From contig OZ336880.1 of NCBI GenBank assembly GCA_965287045.1, positions 19,220,001 through 19,284,000 on the forward strand: 64,000 bases of DNA, written 5' to 3'. A program made the translations under genes and the position numbers. The DNA comes from Carcharhinus amblyrhynchos. Taxonomy: Eukaryota. The notes under the pieces were generated by a model that saw nothing but the letters and a program-made list of their open reading frames with translations, had not been told where the DNA came from and searched no databases. Shown piece by piece: positions 51,501 to 63,533 of this stretch. How positions within the stretch are numbered: the first letter of the stretch is position 1; each line of letters starts with the position of its first letter.

Positions 51501-51694
51501 TCTGTGAGTTGACCTGGCCTTTTTTTTAATAATCCAGTTCTTTCAGTGCCACAAATCTTGTTCAGGCCTCAATACGGCATACAAGTACATTGGTGCTAAG
51601 AAAAGCTATACTGCCATCAGGAATAGCCCTCAACTTTTCAGCACAAATGCTTGTTTTGATCACCTTATAAGTTAGCACATGGGACTTTTAAAAT

Positions 51695-52935
51695 CGATAC
51701 GTTCATGGAAATGTGGCGAGTCCAGGATTTATTGCTCGTCCCTAATTGCCTTTGAGAAGGCCATAGAGAGCCACCTTCTTGAATTGCTGCAGCCTGTTGG
51801 TGTAGGTACACCCACAGTGCTGTTAGTGAGGGAGTTTCTGGATGTTGACTCAGTGACAATATATTTCCAAGTCAAGGAACGCAATATATTTCAAAGTCAT
51901 GTGAACACAACCACCTCTAAGTTCCCCTCCAAGTCACACTTGGAGGTAGTTGTGTTCACATGTATCTGCTGACTTTGGTTGCAGAGATCATGGATAGAGG
52001 GAGTGGATGTTGAAGGTCATAGATGGGTTGGCAATCATGCAGGCTTTTTCCTGGGTGGTGTTGTGCTGCTGGATTGTTACTGGAGCTAACTCATCTAGGC
52101 AAGTGGAGAGTATTCCATTGCACTCCTGACTTGTTCCTTGTAGAAGGTGGGCAGGCTTTGGGGAGTCAGGAGTTGAGTTCCTTGCTGCAGAATTCCCAGT
52201 CTCTGGCCTGCTCTTATACAGTAAGAAGTCTCACAATACCAGGTTAAAGTCCAACAGGTTTAATTGGTAGCACAAGCCATTAGCTTTCGGAGCATTGCTT
52301 CTTCATCAGGTAAGGCTTACTTGATGAAGGTGCAGCGCTCCAAAAACTAGTGGTTTGTGCTACCAGATACCTGTTGGACTTTAACCTGATGTTGTGAGAC
52401 TCCTTACTATGTTTACCCCAGTCCAACGCTGGCATCTCCACATCATCTGCTGTTATAGCCACAGTATTTATATGGCTGGCCCAGTTGAGTTTCTGGTTAA
52501 TGGTGACTCCCAGGGTGGTGTTAATGGGGTATTGAGCAATGATGATGCCAATAAATGCCATGGCCTGACACTTGGTGCGAATGTTACTTGCAACTTAACA
52601 ACCCAGGCCTGGATATTGTCCAGGTCTTGCATATGGCAAGGGGCTGCTTCAGTATCGGAGAAGTTGAAAATTGTGCAATCATCAGAAAACTTCCCCATTC
52701 TGATTATATGAAGGGAGCGGGGGGTACGGTGTCATTGAGGAAGCAGCTGAAGGTGGATGGGCCTAGGACCCTACGCTGAAGAACTCCTGCAGCGACGTCC
52801 TGGAACTGAGATAATTGACCTCCAACAACCACAACCATCATCCTTTTGTGCGAGGAGTTTCCCTGCCGTGTTTTCCATTGATTTCAGTTTTGCTAAATCA
52901 CCTTGATTCCACACTCAGCAACATGGCCATTGTCA
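51695..52935 (-). mobile_element. Old CR1/L2-group LINE fragment hosting a fold-back element
   Basis: ORF 52468-52698 (KFSDDCTIF..MQDLDNIQAW) and TLGVTINQKLNWASHINTV. Same family as 42590-43580. Confidence 0.75.
52219..52446. mobile_element. Fold-back Penelope-like mini-element, family A (long form), two hammerhead-like cores
   Basis: ~95 bp inverted arms centred at ~52315, tail 52409-52446, 11-bp TSD ctgctcttata / ctgctgttata. Minus-strand 52309-52285 reads ctgatga-a-gaagc-aat-gctcc-gaaa. Confidence 0.85.
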
Positions 52936-54829
52936 AACAAGATGCATGGGACCTTAAGACACACCCACATAGCAGACGGAGCAAATAATGAACAGAAGTG
53001 GACACTTCAAAAAAAATGAAGCACAAGCTCACTTAAAACTGAAAGTAGTGTAATTTGCTAACACGGAAAGAATAGATCCGGACCATTTGCCCTTTCTTGA
53101 TGGGCATAACCAACCAGTTCTGGTGTCATACTTGTAAATCTTTTTCATCCCTCTACAATTGTACTGTTCACTCTAAGGAAATAAACTGGTTTTCTTATGA
53201 CCTGTTTCCCAAATTGCAAAGTTCAGTAATTTGTATTAATGAATTATGAAAGGTTGTAGTGTTAGTGGTCTGTTGGATAGCTAATCTTGTACGTAGAACT
53301 TTTCCAGGGAATAGACCAATCAGTTTAACATTAGTAAGAAAATCATGGAAATCCTCCCCAAATAGAAAAATACCCAGAAACAAAACTCATTTATAGTTAA
53401 CATACTTTTCAAAAAAGAATATTTTGTTTGAGCAATTTCATAAAACTGTTTGAAGAGGTAAGAGTAAACGAGGGTAATGCAGTTGATGCAGTATTTTTGA
53501 AATAGCTGTGATAAGGTACGTGTAAAAGACATTAATAAAGTTGCGGCATTCAGGGTCAGGGTACATGTAACAGAATTGAGATAATGCTGCTATCTGTTGG
53601 CTATATTCTGAAACATTCAATCCACACCAGGAAGTTTATCCTCGGTTTGATTAGTTTATTTAACACTTCTCTTCTATTTTAAGTGCAGCTTTATCACTTC
53701 CAATCTGTTTTGGATGTCAAATCCACCTGATTGGTTTCCCTGTTAAACGCTGCAGCAAATTGTATATAATGTATCTCCCATTTTGCTATTGCTGTCTGTG
53801 GTTTCATTTTTGACCACCCCTTGGTGACCCTATTCCCATCCCAAATTTCCCTCTGTTAAATTTGTGTCTGTAGACTATCTTTCTTTGTCTTCCTAATCTT
53901 TTAAAACTTCTTTCCTTGTCTCCTCTTCTCCCTTGTCATGCTCTCCCTTACTGTCCATGTACCTAGTGTATGCTACTTTCATTATCCTCAGTTTTTCCCA
54001 GATGCCTTTTGTATCATTGGAATAACAATAACAAATCCTCTTTTTTGAAAAAAATACTGGATTAGAAAGGAGTCCGGCACATATTGTAGGAACACTTTTC
54101 TCTTACCTGTTTATCCTTTCTGGCCAATTAATTTTGGGGTACTTGAAATCACTTATTGTTTTTACTCATTTTCCTGATTTGTTTGCATGTTTCTTCCAAC
54201 AGCACCTTATGTTATCATATGGTCTGGAAACTATCTTATCAATGTAATTATTCTTTGCTACAAGCATCCACTTAAAGGTAAAGTGCTCACTCCAGGATAA
54301 TGAGATGACCTAAGATAAAAAGTAGGAATAAACAGATTTTTCTTGAATTATCAAGGCAAAGCTGGTGCTTCCTAGGAGCTATATTGGGGCATCTTGTTCT
54401 CAGATTATTGGGCATGCATTGAGAGACATCAACAATGTTTCCTAATGCTAGGCTACATGACAAATTGAGGGAGAATTCAGTTAGCTGTCAGAGGACTGAG
54501 AGGCTAGAATGTTAGGCAGATATCTAATGAAGATTAATATGAAGTACGTTTTATAAAAATATATCCAATTCTGTGTCTTCTATTTTAGTCATCCCATTGT
54601 CCCTAGTAAACTACCATACTCTTATGGGACCTGGACTTTCAAACAAGTTTTTAGGAGGCACCAGGCAGTCTATTCTCTCCATTCCTAAATGAAAGGGGTG
54701 CTGATGTACAGATCTTTCCTGGCAGGGATAAGTCACAAGGCTACAAGTGGGATTCTGGATTCTAGTTACAGGGTAAACTGAAGGCGAAGGCCAGGAGGCA
54801 TGGAAGGCACTGTTAAGATTCTCCTTTGT

Positions 54830-55064
54830 CTCATGTCCATGACACCTTTGTTAATCTTTCTTTTGCCCTGCCCTATTCCTGTTCTTCCGTTCTGCCCCAC
54901 CTCTCCTATGTAATTCACTACATTTCTAATTTTCAGTTGTGCCGATGTGTCATTTGGAATCAAAAAGTTAACTCAGTTTCTGTTTACAGATGCTACCAGA
55001 CCTGCTGAATTTATCCAGCATTTTATGTTTATATTTCTGATTTCCAGCAGTATTTTGCTTTTAT
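54830..55064 (+). mobile_element. Decayed Penelope-like family B terminal fragment
   Basis: acagatgctaccagacctgctgaatttatccagcatt..ccagcagtattttgctttt matches the right arm and tail of 18214-18383. Confidence 0.6.
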
Positions 55065-55089
55065 CAAGGAGGTAATCGTGTAGGTTATG

Positions 55090-55590
55090 TCACAGTTGCT
55101 GTGCTGTGCACAGAGGAGATTTTGAAGCAATAGAAAAAGTTAATTCATTAGGATAATGTGAGGGATGAGAGGATATACTTATGATGAGAAACTTGAAAAT
55201 CTGGGGCTCAATTCACTGGAGCAAAGAAGATTAAGGAATGATCTAATAGTGTTCAAAACTGAAGGGATTTAAGAGGGTAAATAGTGAACGATTATATTAA
55301 GTGGTCGCTGAATTGATAAAAAGAGCATAAATTTAGGATGGGTGCTAGAAATAAGTAAGGGGAATTTATATGTAATATAGTATAAAGAAATTTGGAATAT
55401 GAAATATTTACCAAAGGTGGCTGTGAAATCTTTTGGATCTACTTTGGATAGGAAGAAAAATACTAAATGTCACAGAGAAGATGCAGGGATAAGAGAGTAC
55501 CATACACTGTTGCAGTATGGAACTAGCAGTGTTCTACCCAGACCTGATGGCCTGAAATGGCAGCCTCCTGGTCTTCTCTAATGTAATTTT
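55090..55590 (+). mobile_element. Very old CR1-type 3' fragment
   Basis: ttatgatgagaaact..ctggggct..ttcactggagcaaagaagattaagg..gatctaatag (YEERL..LGLFSLE.RRLRGDLI-like). Confidence 0.6.
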
Positions 55591-58421
55591 GTGGGTTGAG
55601 CTGCATCTGAGGCTTTCATCCTGTGCCAGTGCAGATGCAAAATCTGTAAAGAATCCCATGTAAACATATAGTTCACCATTGATACTTACAGGAATGGCTC
55701 TAACAACAGCAGAGCATTTGAACAGTATGATTAATGTTGTAAATCAGACTGTTTGTCACTATCATTGTCCAGGTTTTAATCACTGCTCTGTGCTGAGTTA
55801 GCTGTTACTCAATTGCAGTGATGCTGGGAGTCAGACAGTCAACCGAGCATTTGTTGGCAAGAGAGGAGCAAATCAACTCATGTTCATGACGACGTGTACT
55901 TTCTGGACCCTTGTTGAAAGGGCATGCTAGTGGATTTCAATTGAGGCAGTAATCCTAATGGCTGAATAGTTGTGATTGAATAGCCTGGGGCATTTGCTGT
56001 TGAGCTAACACGTGAAAACAGTCAGTTGGGTAAGGTTATAAATCCTCCAGGGTGATTTGCTACTGCAGAAATGTAAGGTATGAGAAAAGAATCTACATTA
56101 AAGAAATTCATTATTGTGTTTGCATTTGTATCCAAGTTGATGCGTAAGATTATTGCGATCGTGGAATAATGAAACAGATGTGATTTCAAACAGAATACTG
56201 TAGATGTGCCCAAATATGAGGACATAGTTGGAATACCAAGGGGAAAAGAGCTAATTCGTCTGAGCTGATGTGGTTAAACATGCTTCAGAGTGACTTTAAT
56301 CAACCTATTGAAATCTATGAAATGAAGATGGGATCTTTATAGCTTGCGCGTGTAGTGGTCATAGCAGATTATTTCAAGCAGAAATGCCTTCACAGAGATT
56401 GCATCACTTGCAGTATCCTCTAACATACAGCATTATTTAGCCATAATCCTTTTTAAACACTAAACCTTAAAGGGTCACGTGTATTCCTTGGACTTGTGAA
56501 CAGTTGCTTTTTTGAGGACAATGCCCATGCTAACAACAAAAATCCATGTTGCTAGCTCAATTTCTACCTGCTGCAGTTGCTTGCGGGAGATCCAGAATCT
56601 CCACCTATAATCAGAGTTCTAACTCCTGGAGAAGCAACGGCAGCATTACATTGGGGCTGGATGAGAGTGAAGGCTGCCAGCACGCATAGGAGAACGTTTC
56701 AGTTTGCTTGAGGAAATACAAGACTGTTTAGTGTCACTACTGCCAACTGCAGTTTTAATCCATTCATCATGTTTAATAAGATTGCTACTGTATTTCCACA
56801 TTCTTTGCAGTGAATGGTCACATCTTTGTCTTGGTGTGTCTGCAGCTGAAGTTGTGGTAAATTCATGCCCCATGGTAATTACTGTGCAAGCCTGTGCTTA
56901 GGGATACGCTTTCGAATTGTTGGTGTTGTATTTTGAATAACTTTTTCCAGCATCCAAACGTTACCAGTGGAAGTTGAAATGGGAAAACTGGCTAGTGTCT
57001 AACAATGTACAGTGCAAATATAATAGTAACATATATTGGCATAACTTGACATCATCTGGTCTGGTGAGGCAGGATAGCCAGATGGTGTCTTTCTCAGGTT
57101 TCAGTTTTTGGTAGTTTTCTAGTTGTTTCTTTGTCCTATTTTCAGATAGGATTTAAGTTTGTAGTGTCATATGTATCGATCATGTTACAAGCTTCCATTT
57201 GAAATTTAGACATGATCTTTCACCACAACTCAGACTGCTTTGAAACCCACAATGCCAGAACCGCTCTTGGAGTGTGTTCTATTTATATCTGTCTCTTATG
57301 TCCCTGCCTTCATCTCCAACCATAAGTATCATGTGTCAATGTCTATCATTGTTGTACCCTTGAAGGAAACCGTTTAGTGAGGGCAGAAAAATCCTTGGTT
57401 CAATACCAAAAAATGTGAAATCCAAGAGAATTTAATGCTTTCTTTAGCGCAAATATCCTTTCTTAAACAACTGTATGTACAAATTCCACATTGGAAGGAA
57501 TGGGGAGGATGAAATTGATCTTGATAATATAGCATGTCATGGAACAGCCATGGAAGTGTATCTGGCACTTTGCTGTTCTCTTGACAGGAGAACTAGATGC
57601 CACACAGTCTGCAAAACAAGTTAGTAGTCAGGAAATATTTTCAGAATTAAACTCAAAATAAATGTTGCTATCCTGAGAACTGAGAAAACAGAAAGAAACT
57701 ATCATGGAAAAGCGAATCCCGGGATTAACCAAAGCTCATAATCCTTTCCTTGGAATGGTTGCATAATTTTGGAACGGAGCAGGGTTTAATTTTGAAGGGC
57801 AGCTTCTTAAATCTGTATCTCTTTGCTCCAACTCAATGAAAATTCTATAAATGTTAATGCCCTTTCTATACAAAGCAGAAGAATTCCCAGTAAACTTTTG
57901 ACAACTGGAGAAATCATAATTCTGATGTCAGACAGTGATTATTTCAAATGGCCATAATTAGTTTAAACAAAAATGTTTGTTACATCCTCAGTCAGAATTA
58001 CACCATGAAAACGGGAGTGAAATTATAGGTGGGAATATTAACATGCAAACATGTTTCACTTAGAATTCTTAATTTCCCTTGTTTACATGATGATATTAAC
58101 ATGTAAAATTTAAGTAGATAGTAGAAATGCATTTTCACCCCCAATATGCGACACAGTGATCATGTTAAAAGGTTTGATTTTGTGCAGGTACTCTGGGTAT
58201 AAGATTGATTTGAAAATGAATTATTTTCCCCTGCATTGTTAATTAGCTGTGTATGATTTTTAAAATTCAATTTCTAATTACTAGAATCAATCTTGCTGTT
58301 TTCGAATTTTGTTTCAAGCCCTGGATTTGGAAATATTTGCTGAGATGTTTTTCATGATCAGAACTGGTAGTTTTGTGTAGTGTTGATTTATCAATCAATG
58401 GTTTGCAATTGGCCAAATCAT

Positions 58422-59120
58422 CTTTCATGTAATGTGGGCATCACTGGCAAGGACAGCATTTGTCACCCATCCTAATTGCCCATGAACTGAGCGACTTGAT
58501 GGGTTATTTCAGAGGACAATTAAGAGTCAACCACATTGCTGTGGCTCTGCAGTCACATGTAGGCCAAACTTGGTAAGGATGGCAGATTTCCTTCCTAAAG
58601 GACATCAGTGACCCAGATGGGTTCATTTTATATGACAGTTGATTATTTCGTGGTCACCAGTGAGACTAGCTTTATATTGGAGTGGCACGGTGGTTGGCAC
58701 TGCTGCCTCAGTGCCAGGGACCCAGGTTCAATTCTGACCTCGGCTCACTGTGTGGAGCCTGCATGTTCTCCACGTGTCTGTGTGAGCTTCCTCCCAGGTG
58801 CTCTGGTTTCCCCCCTCACTTCAAAGCTGTGTGGGTTAGGTGGATTGGTCATGCTAAATTGACCCTAGAGTCGGGGTGGGGGGGGTTAGTAGGGTAAATG
58901 TGTGGGGTTACTGGAAGAGGCCTGGGTGGGATTGTGGTTGGTGCCAAACCAATGGGCCAAATGCCATCTCCTGCATTGAAGGGATTCTATGATTCCAAAT
59001 TTTATTGACGCAATTTAAATTCCCCCAGCTGCCATGGTGGGATTTGAACCCATATCCTCACTGCATTAGCCTGACTTTCTGGATTCTTAGTCCAGCAACA
59101 TTACCACTGTGCCACCATCC
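58422..59120 (-). mobile_element. tRNA-derived SINE with CR1/L2-group tail, interrupted by a V-SINE
   Basis: Head at ~59030-59116 (ggatttgaaccc; ttaccactgtgccacc). Tail at 58425-58480 resembles the 17165 and 51700 LINE tail. Confidence 0.65.
58680..58995 (+). mobile_element. Full-length V-SINE (HE1-like)
   Basis: gtggcacggtggttggcactgctgcctca..ggttcaattc head, V-domain, tail gggattctatgatt. Confidence 0.88.
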
Positions 59121-60422
59121 CCCTAAAGTACATGATTTTTCAGGTTTATTATTTTCCACATGTCTCAATCTACATCAAATAAGTTAATAGATTTGTAGCA
59201 ATCTTGGTATAATTTGACAAAGCTGTGGCAATCTACCAAAAAGATGCAATGGACTGCAACATGTTAATATTGCTCAGACTGATTCTTGGTGTCTGTAAGT
59301 GGCTGTGTTAGGCTCATATCACGCTACCCATTATATATCATTGTGTCCTGCATTTGTTACTGATTAATAATTGCAATAAAAATCTGTTGTGTCATTGATT
59401 ATATTCTATATACAAAGTAAGAATCTGTTGTACTATGTATAATTTTGTTTCTACAGATTAGAATTGACCTGTAGGGTAAATGAGAATTATTTCGTATTGT
59501 TTTTTTTTTCCTCGTGGGAAAGCGGTAGTCTTTGCTGGGTGCTGATAGCCTGATTCTGTGTTGTTCCAAGTGGCCATTCTACCATGATGAGGCCAACCAT
59601 TGTACCAGCATCACATTTGCTGATAGTGACATAACAGCTAATGTGACACCATGTTCACCCGAAGACCGTGTGTGTAGTTTGTATCATGCATCATCAGAAT
59701 GTTGATCAAATGTGGAACTGCTAGCTTATGAAGAGGAACTTTGCTTTGAAATATAGTTTGTGCACATGTTGTTCTTGCTGGAGACCATTGACTGATATTC
59801 ATAATAAGTAGGCATTTTGCTGAAATGTATAGATGATTTGTCTGCGCTACTATCATCTGCCCATTACCATCTGTGATATAAAAATGATTACTAAAATGAA
59901 TTACAAAACCCAAATAAATTATTGGACCAGTTTATTGCTTATTTTTCTGAATTACTCCAGTTCCTGCATTTTGCTCTAGACCTCGAGAATCTACAAGAAA
60001 CAGTCTGCTCATTTAATTTGTTTTGTAGTTGCATACATCCATTGTGTATTCTTGCCATCATATGAATTGTGTGGTAAGAGCCTGAAAGCAACTATACTAA
60101 AGTATGAGTTTATGGTTTTAATTCCTGATAGCTTCATGGAAGAGCTTTCTATTGGTACTGCACCTGTCCCCTTTGAGTGTTTCATGCCTTGGAAAGTGGG
60201 AAAGAACTGTTAGGATTTCTGTACCATGATCCTAAAGAAAATTGATTTTGAGCTGCCAATTAATCCTCAAGTGGAATATACCAAGCACAATGTCAGGCTG
60301 TGGGAGTAATGAGTTGTAATTGTGTGCCTTCCCTGAAGGTCTGTATGTACGTTCTGAGAGTATTTTGTGCTACTGGTAAACTTATTTGTAAGTACTAACT
60401 GTTATTTCTGTGTATCATACAG

Positions 60423-60480
60423 GTGTCACTGCCTGAATACACTGCCTGTGAGAAATCCTTGATAGTAAACCAGCAACATC
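60423..60480 (+). other. PCBP3: 5'UTR part of the ATG-containing PCBP exon
   Basis: Acceptor ttatttctgtgtatcatacAG|gtgtc at 60421-60422 implies the exon spans 60423-60549 and that upstream non-coding exon(s) exist. Confidence 0.65.
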
Positions 60481-60549
60481 ATGGACCCTAAAGTTACTGA
60501 AGGCGGGCTGAATGTTACCCTGACCATCCGACTGTTGATGCATGGGAAG
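60481..60549 (+). CDS. PCBP3: Poly(rC)-binding protein (PCBP3-like), first coding exon, start of KH1 domain
   Basis: Translates MDPKVTEGGLNVTLTIRLLMHGK, matching the PCBP2/3 N-terminus and closest to PCBP3 MESKVSEGGLNVTLTIRLLMHGK. Ends at a phase-0 donor AAG|GTAAAT. An in-frame TAA at 60466-60468 supports this ATG as the start. The family call is firm; the paralogue (PCBP3 vs PCBP2) is less certain. Confidence 0.9.
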
Positions 60550-61151
60550 GTAAATATTCAGTTTGAGTATAACAAGCAGGAGGAGCAAAGCTATGCTTGC
60601 ACTGCTGGTGGCAGGCTAGCTAAATTTGAGTTTGGCTTAGACCATTTAGGATGCAATGATGTAGAATTTGGTTTGATCATCAGTGAGAGGAGTAAATGTT
60701 GTAATAGGGTGATGGTGGTTACAATTATGAGGGGATGATACTTACTGAGTCATTTCCCTCCTCCACTTGCTGACAGTTACTACAAGAATTGACATCTGTG
60801 CCAGGTCCAGGGCTAAGAGCTCCTTGATTTGAAGAATTGCACCATGTTCAGTAATCCTTGCATTGCAGTGGCAGAGACACAAGAAGGCGGAATAAGATTT
60901 TGTACTCTAGCTCACATATTATGATGTTGATGAATAGATATGGTGGAATTGTGAAAATGGATTGTCATTGTCATAAACAGCATACACTTGAAGTGAGTGA
61001 ATGTCTTCAAAAACTAAAATTAATCTTGGCAACAGCGCAACTGTCAACCAGAATATGGAGCATTTGTATTGTGGAACTAATCACAGACACACCTTCCTTT
61101 GGTAACATTTATGTTTGTTAGAAATATTTCAATTTTTTTCACAATGTGCTG

Positions 61152-61570
61152 ATCATAGAATCCCTACAGTGCACACAGGAGACCGCCATTTGGCCCTTCA
61201 AATCTGCACTGACTACAATCTCACCCAGCCCCTGTCCCTGTAATGCATGTATTTACACTGCCAGTCCCCCTGACATTAGGGCCCTGATTTTACAAAGCCA
61301 CCCTGAAATTGGGGTGGGCGAGCCTTGCAGAATGGCATTTCCCATTGACCACAGGCGTGACCTGATGAGCCTCAAGTGGCCGTGCCAGTACAATCAGGGC
61401 CTAAGTGGCAATTTAGCATGGCCAGTCAACATAACTGCACATCTTTGGACTGAGGAAGGAAACAAGAGGGAAAACCAGCAGACACGGGTAGAATGTTCAG
61501 ACTCGGCGCAGTGACCCAAGCTGAAAATTTAACCTGGGTCCCTGGCGCTAACTACTATGCCACCATGCTC
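61152..61570 (-). mobile_element. V-SINE with nested MITE
   Basis: atcatagaatccctacagtgca tail and V-domain, interrupted at 61280-61401. Confidence 0.75.
61280..61401. mobile_element. 122-bp MITE, PIF/Harbinger-like
   Basis: TIRs ggccctgattttac / gtacaatcagggcc (13/14 match), flanked by tag / taa. Confidence 0.65.
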
Positions 61571-61622
61571 CCGAACGGTGATCGGATGAGTGAAGGAGGT
61601 GAATGGTACTTTCTCTCTCTAT

Positions 61623-61998
61623 NNNNNNNNNNNNNNNNNNNNNNNNNNNNNNNNNNNNNNNNNNNNNNNNNNNNNNNNNNNNNNNNNNNNNNNNNNNNNN
61701 NNNNNNNNNNNNNNNNNNNNNNNNNNNNNNNNNNNNNNNNNNNNNNNNNNNNNNNNNNNNNNNNNNNNNNNNNNNNNNNNNNNNNNNNNNNNNNNNNNNN
61801 NNNNNNNNNNNNNNNNNNNNNNNNNNNNNNNNNNNNNNNNNNNNNNNNNNNNNNNNNNNNNNNNNNNNNNNNNNNNNNNNNNNNNNNNNNNNNNNNNNNN
61901 NNNNNNNNNNNNNNNNNNNNNNNNNNNNNNNNNNNNNNNNNNNNNNNNNNNNNNNNNNNNNNNNNNNNNNNNNNNNNNNNNNNNNNNNNNNNNNNNNN
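61623..61998. other. Assembly gap (N run)
   Basis: 376 N bases. Confidence 1.
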
Positions 61999-62979
61999 TC
62001 AATTCTTAAGTAGATCCTGCACAGTTCTGTTTAAACACAGCTTTTTTTCAAGGATTAGCTATTAAATCTTATTGAGCCTTCAGTAAGGCTGGTTAATATT
62101 TTCTGTATTGACATTGTGTCTCTGCCAGTGCAATGCAAGGATTATTGAATATGGTGCAATTCTTCAAATCAAGGAGCTCTCAGTCCTGGATCTGGCAGGG
62201 ATATCAGTTGTTCTGGTTGGTAACTCTCAGCAAGTGGAGGAGGGAAATGATTTTTTTTCTTGTCTGTCTCATGTTTGAGGTTGATTTAGCCTGAAACTTT
62301 CAAAGAAGAGAAAGGGGCTGCCATGTTGCATCATTGCTTTCCCCCTTCAAGTGCAGATTAACAGTGTTACCCGCTGTGCAGTATGTCAGTTGGTTCGTAA
62401 TCAGCTGAATTTAAAGAATTTTGCCCTTTCAGGATCCTGTGTTTATTACTTCCAACTGAGAGCATGAGAAGGAAAAAAAACTTCTCCGAGACTTTTGTTA
62501 GTCCTCCAACTTGGGCCATGTACAGGAACAAAAGTAGCAGTGACTTTAGACTGACTCATAACTCTGTCTTTCTTTCTCATTGCATGCCTCAGGTTATATC
62601 ACTTGCTGCACAGCTCTCCCTTTATCCTGTGTGCAGCTTCATTCTGGTGCATGTTTACCTGGCACCACTGCCTCTTCCTTTCATGCTCCCCATTTCTTTG
62701 GAAGTAACAGTTTCTCTCTCATTGGTGTACGGTCTCACCCCATCGCTTTTGGCATCTGCTTTCTTATTCCTGTACCCATCAAGTTTCTTTGCATGCTCTT
62801 TTCCTCTCCAGCCCTACCCTCCATTAATGCTAAGCCACAAATTTCCACCCTCCTCTGATGTTTTTTCTTCCCCTCCCCCTCCCCCTGTCTTGTTCATTCC
62901 TCCTCTTTGTGCATCATCTTCCCCTTCTGTCTCTCTGCATGTCCTCTATGTCCTTATTTCTTCCTTTCCAGGAAATACT

Positions 62980-63145
62980 GTTTATTTATTAATGTCACAA
63001 ATAGGCTTACATTAACACTGTAACAAAGTTACTGCGAAAATCTCCTAGTCGCCACATTCTAGCACCTGTTTGGGTACACTGAGGGAGAATTTAACGTGGC
63101 CAGTGCACCTAACAAGCACGTCTTTCAGACTGTGGGGGAAAACCA
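62980..63145 (-). mobile_element. Truncated V-SINE, alternative-tail subfamily
   Basis: Matches 18528-18678 and 44130-44300. Confidence 0.85.
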
Positions 63146-63509
63146 AGTGTATTCTGAGCAATCCTTTTCTCTTTTTGGATTTTGAGTATTATATTTCATG
63201 TCACTTCAAATCTTTGTTTAATGGGATTTGCTTATTTCACAAAGCCACTGAACTATTGCATTTATAAAATTTTCATTTCTAAAATTAAATAGCAGATGAA
63301 TTTAGAATTTTGGATATTTGATTTCTCCAATATCAAACTGGTTATTTAATACATTTGGTTTCTGCAGTATTTGAGATTTGTGTGAGATTTATTTTAAATA
63401 GTTTAATGCCTGTGTTAGAATGTGCCACGAGAAATTTTTGTGAATGAGTTCAGCAATGTGCTACTAGAGAAATTGGGCTGCAGGGTGAACATTTTTCTCT
63501 CTCTTGCAG

Positions 63510-63533
63510 GAAGTTGGAAGCATCATTGGAAAG
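63510..63533 (+). CDS. PCBP3: PCBP3-like second coding exon, 24-nt microexon EVGSIIGK (KH1)
   Basis: atttttctctctcttgcAG|GAAGTTGGAAGCATCATTGGAAAG|GTttgt. Continues MHGK-EVGSIIGK exactly as in PCBP proteins. Phase 0 at both ends. The gene continues beyond the window. Confidence 0.93.

Noticed and set aside
60550-60738. Remainder of ORF 60481-60738 after MHGK
   Set aside because: Read-through into the intron. PCBP similarity stops at the GT donor at 60550 and resumes at 63510.
61361-61385. CTGATGA followed by a small stem, hammerhead-like
   Set aside because: No GAAA box after the stem; lies inside a MITE.
61493-62065. Long ORFs of 127-190 aa
   Set aside because: Artefacts of the N gap.
62464-63015. 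183-aa P/S/L/F-rich ORF
   Set aside because: Results from a pyrimidine-rich low-complexity tract that lacks stop codons; lies in an intron.
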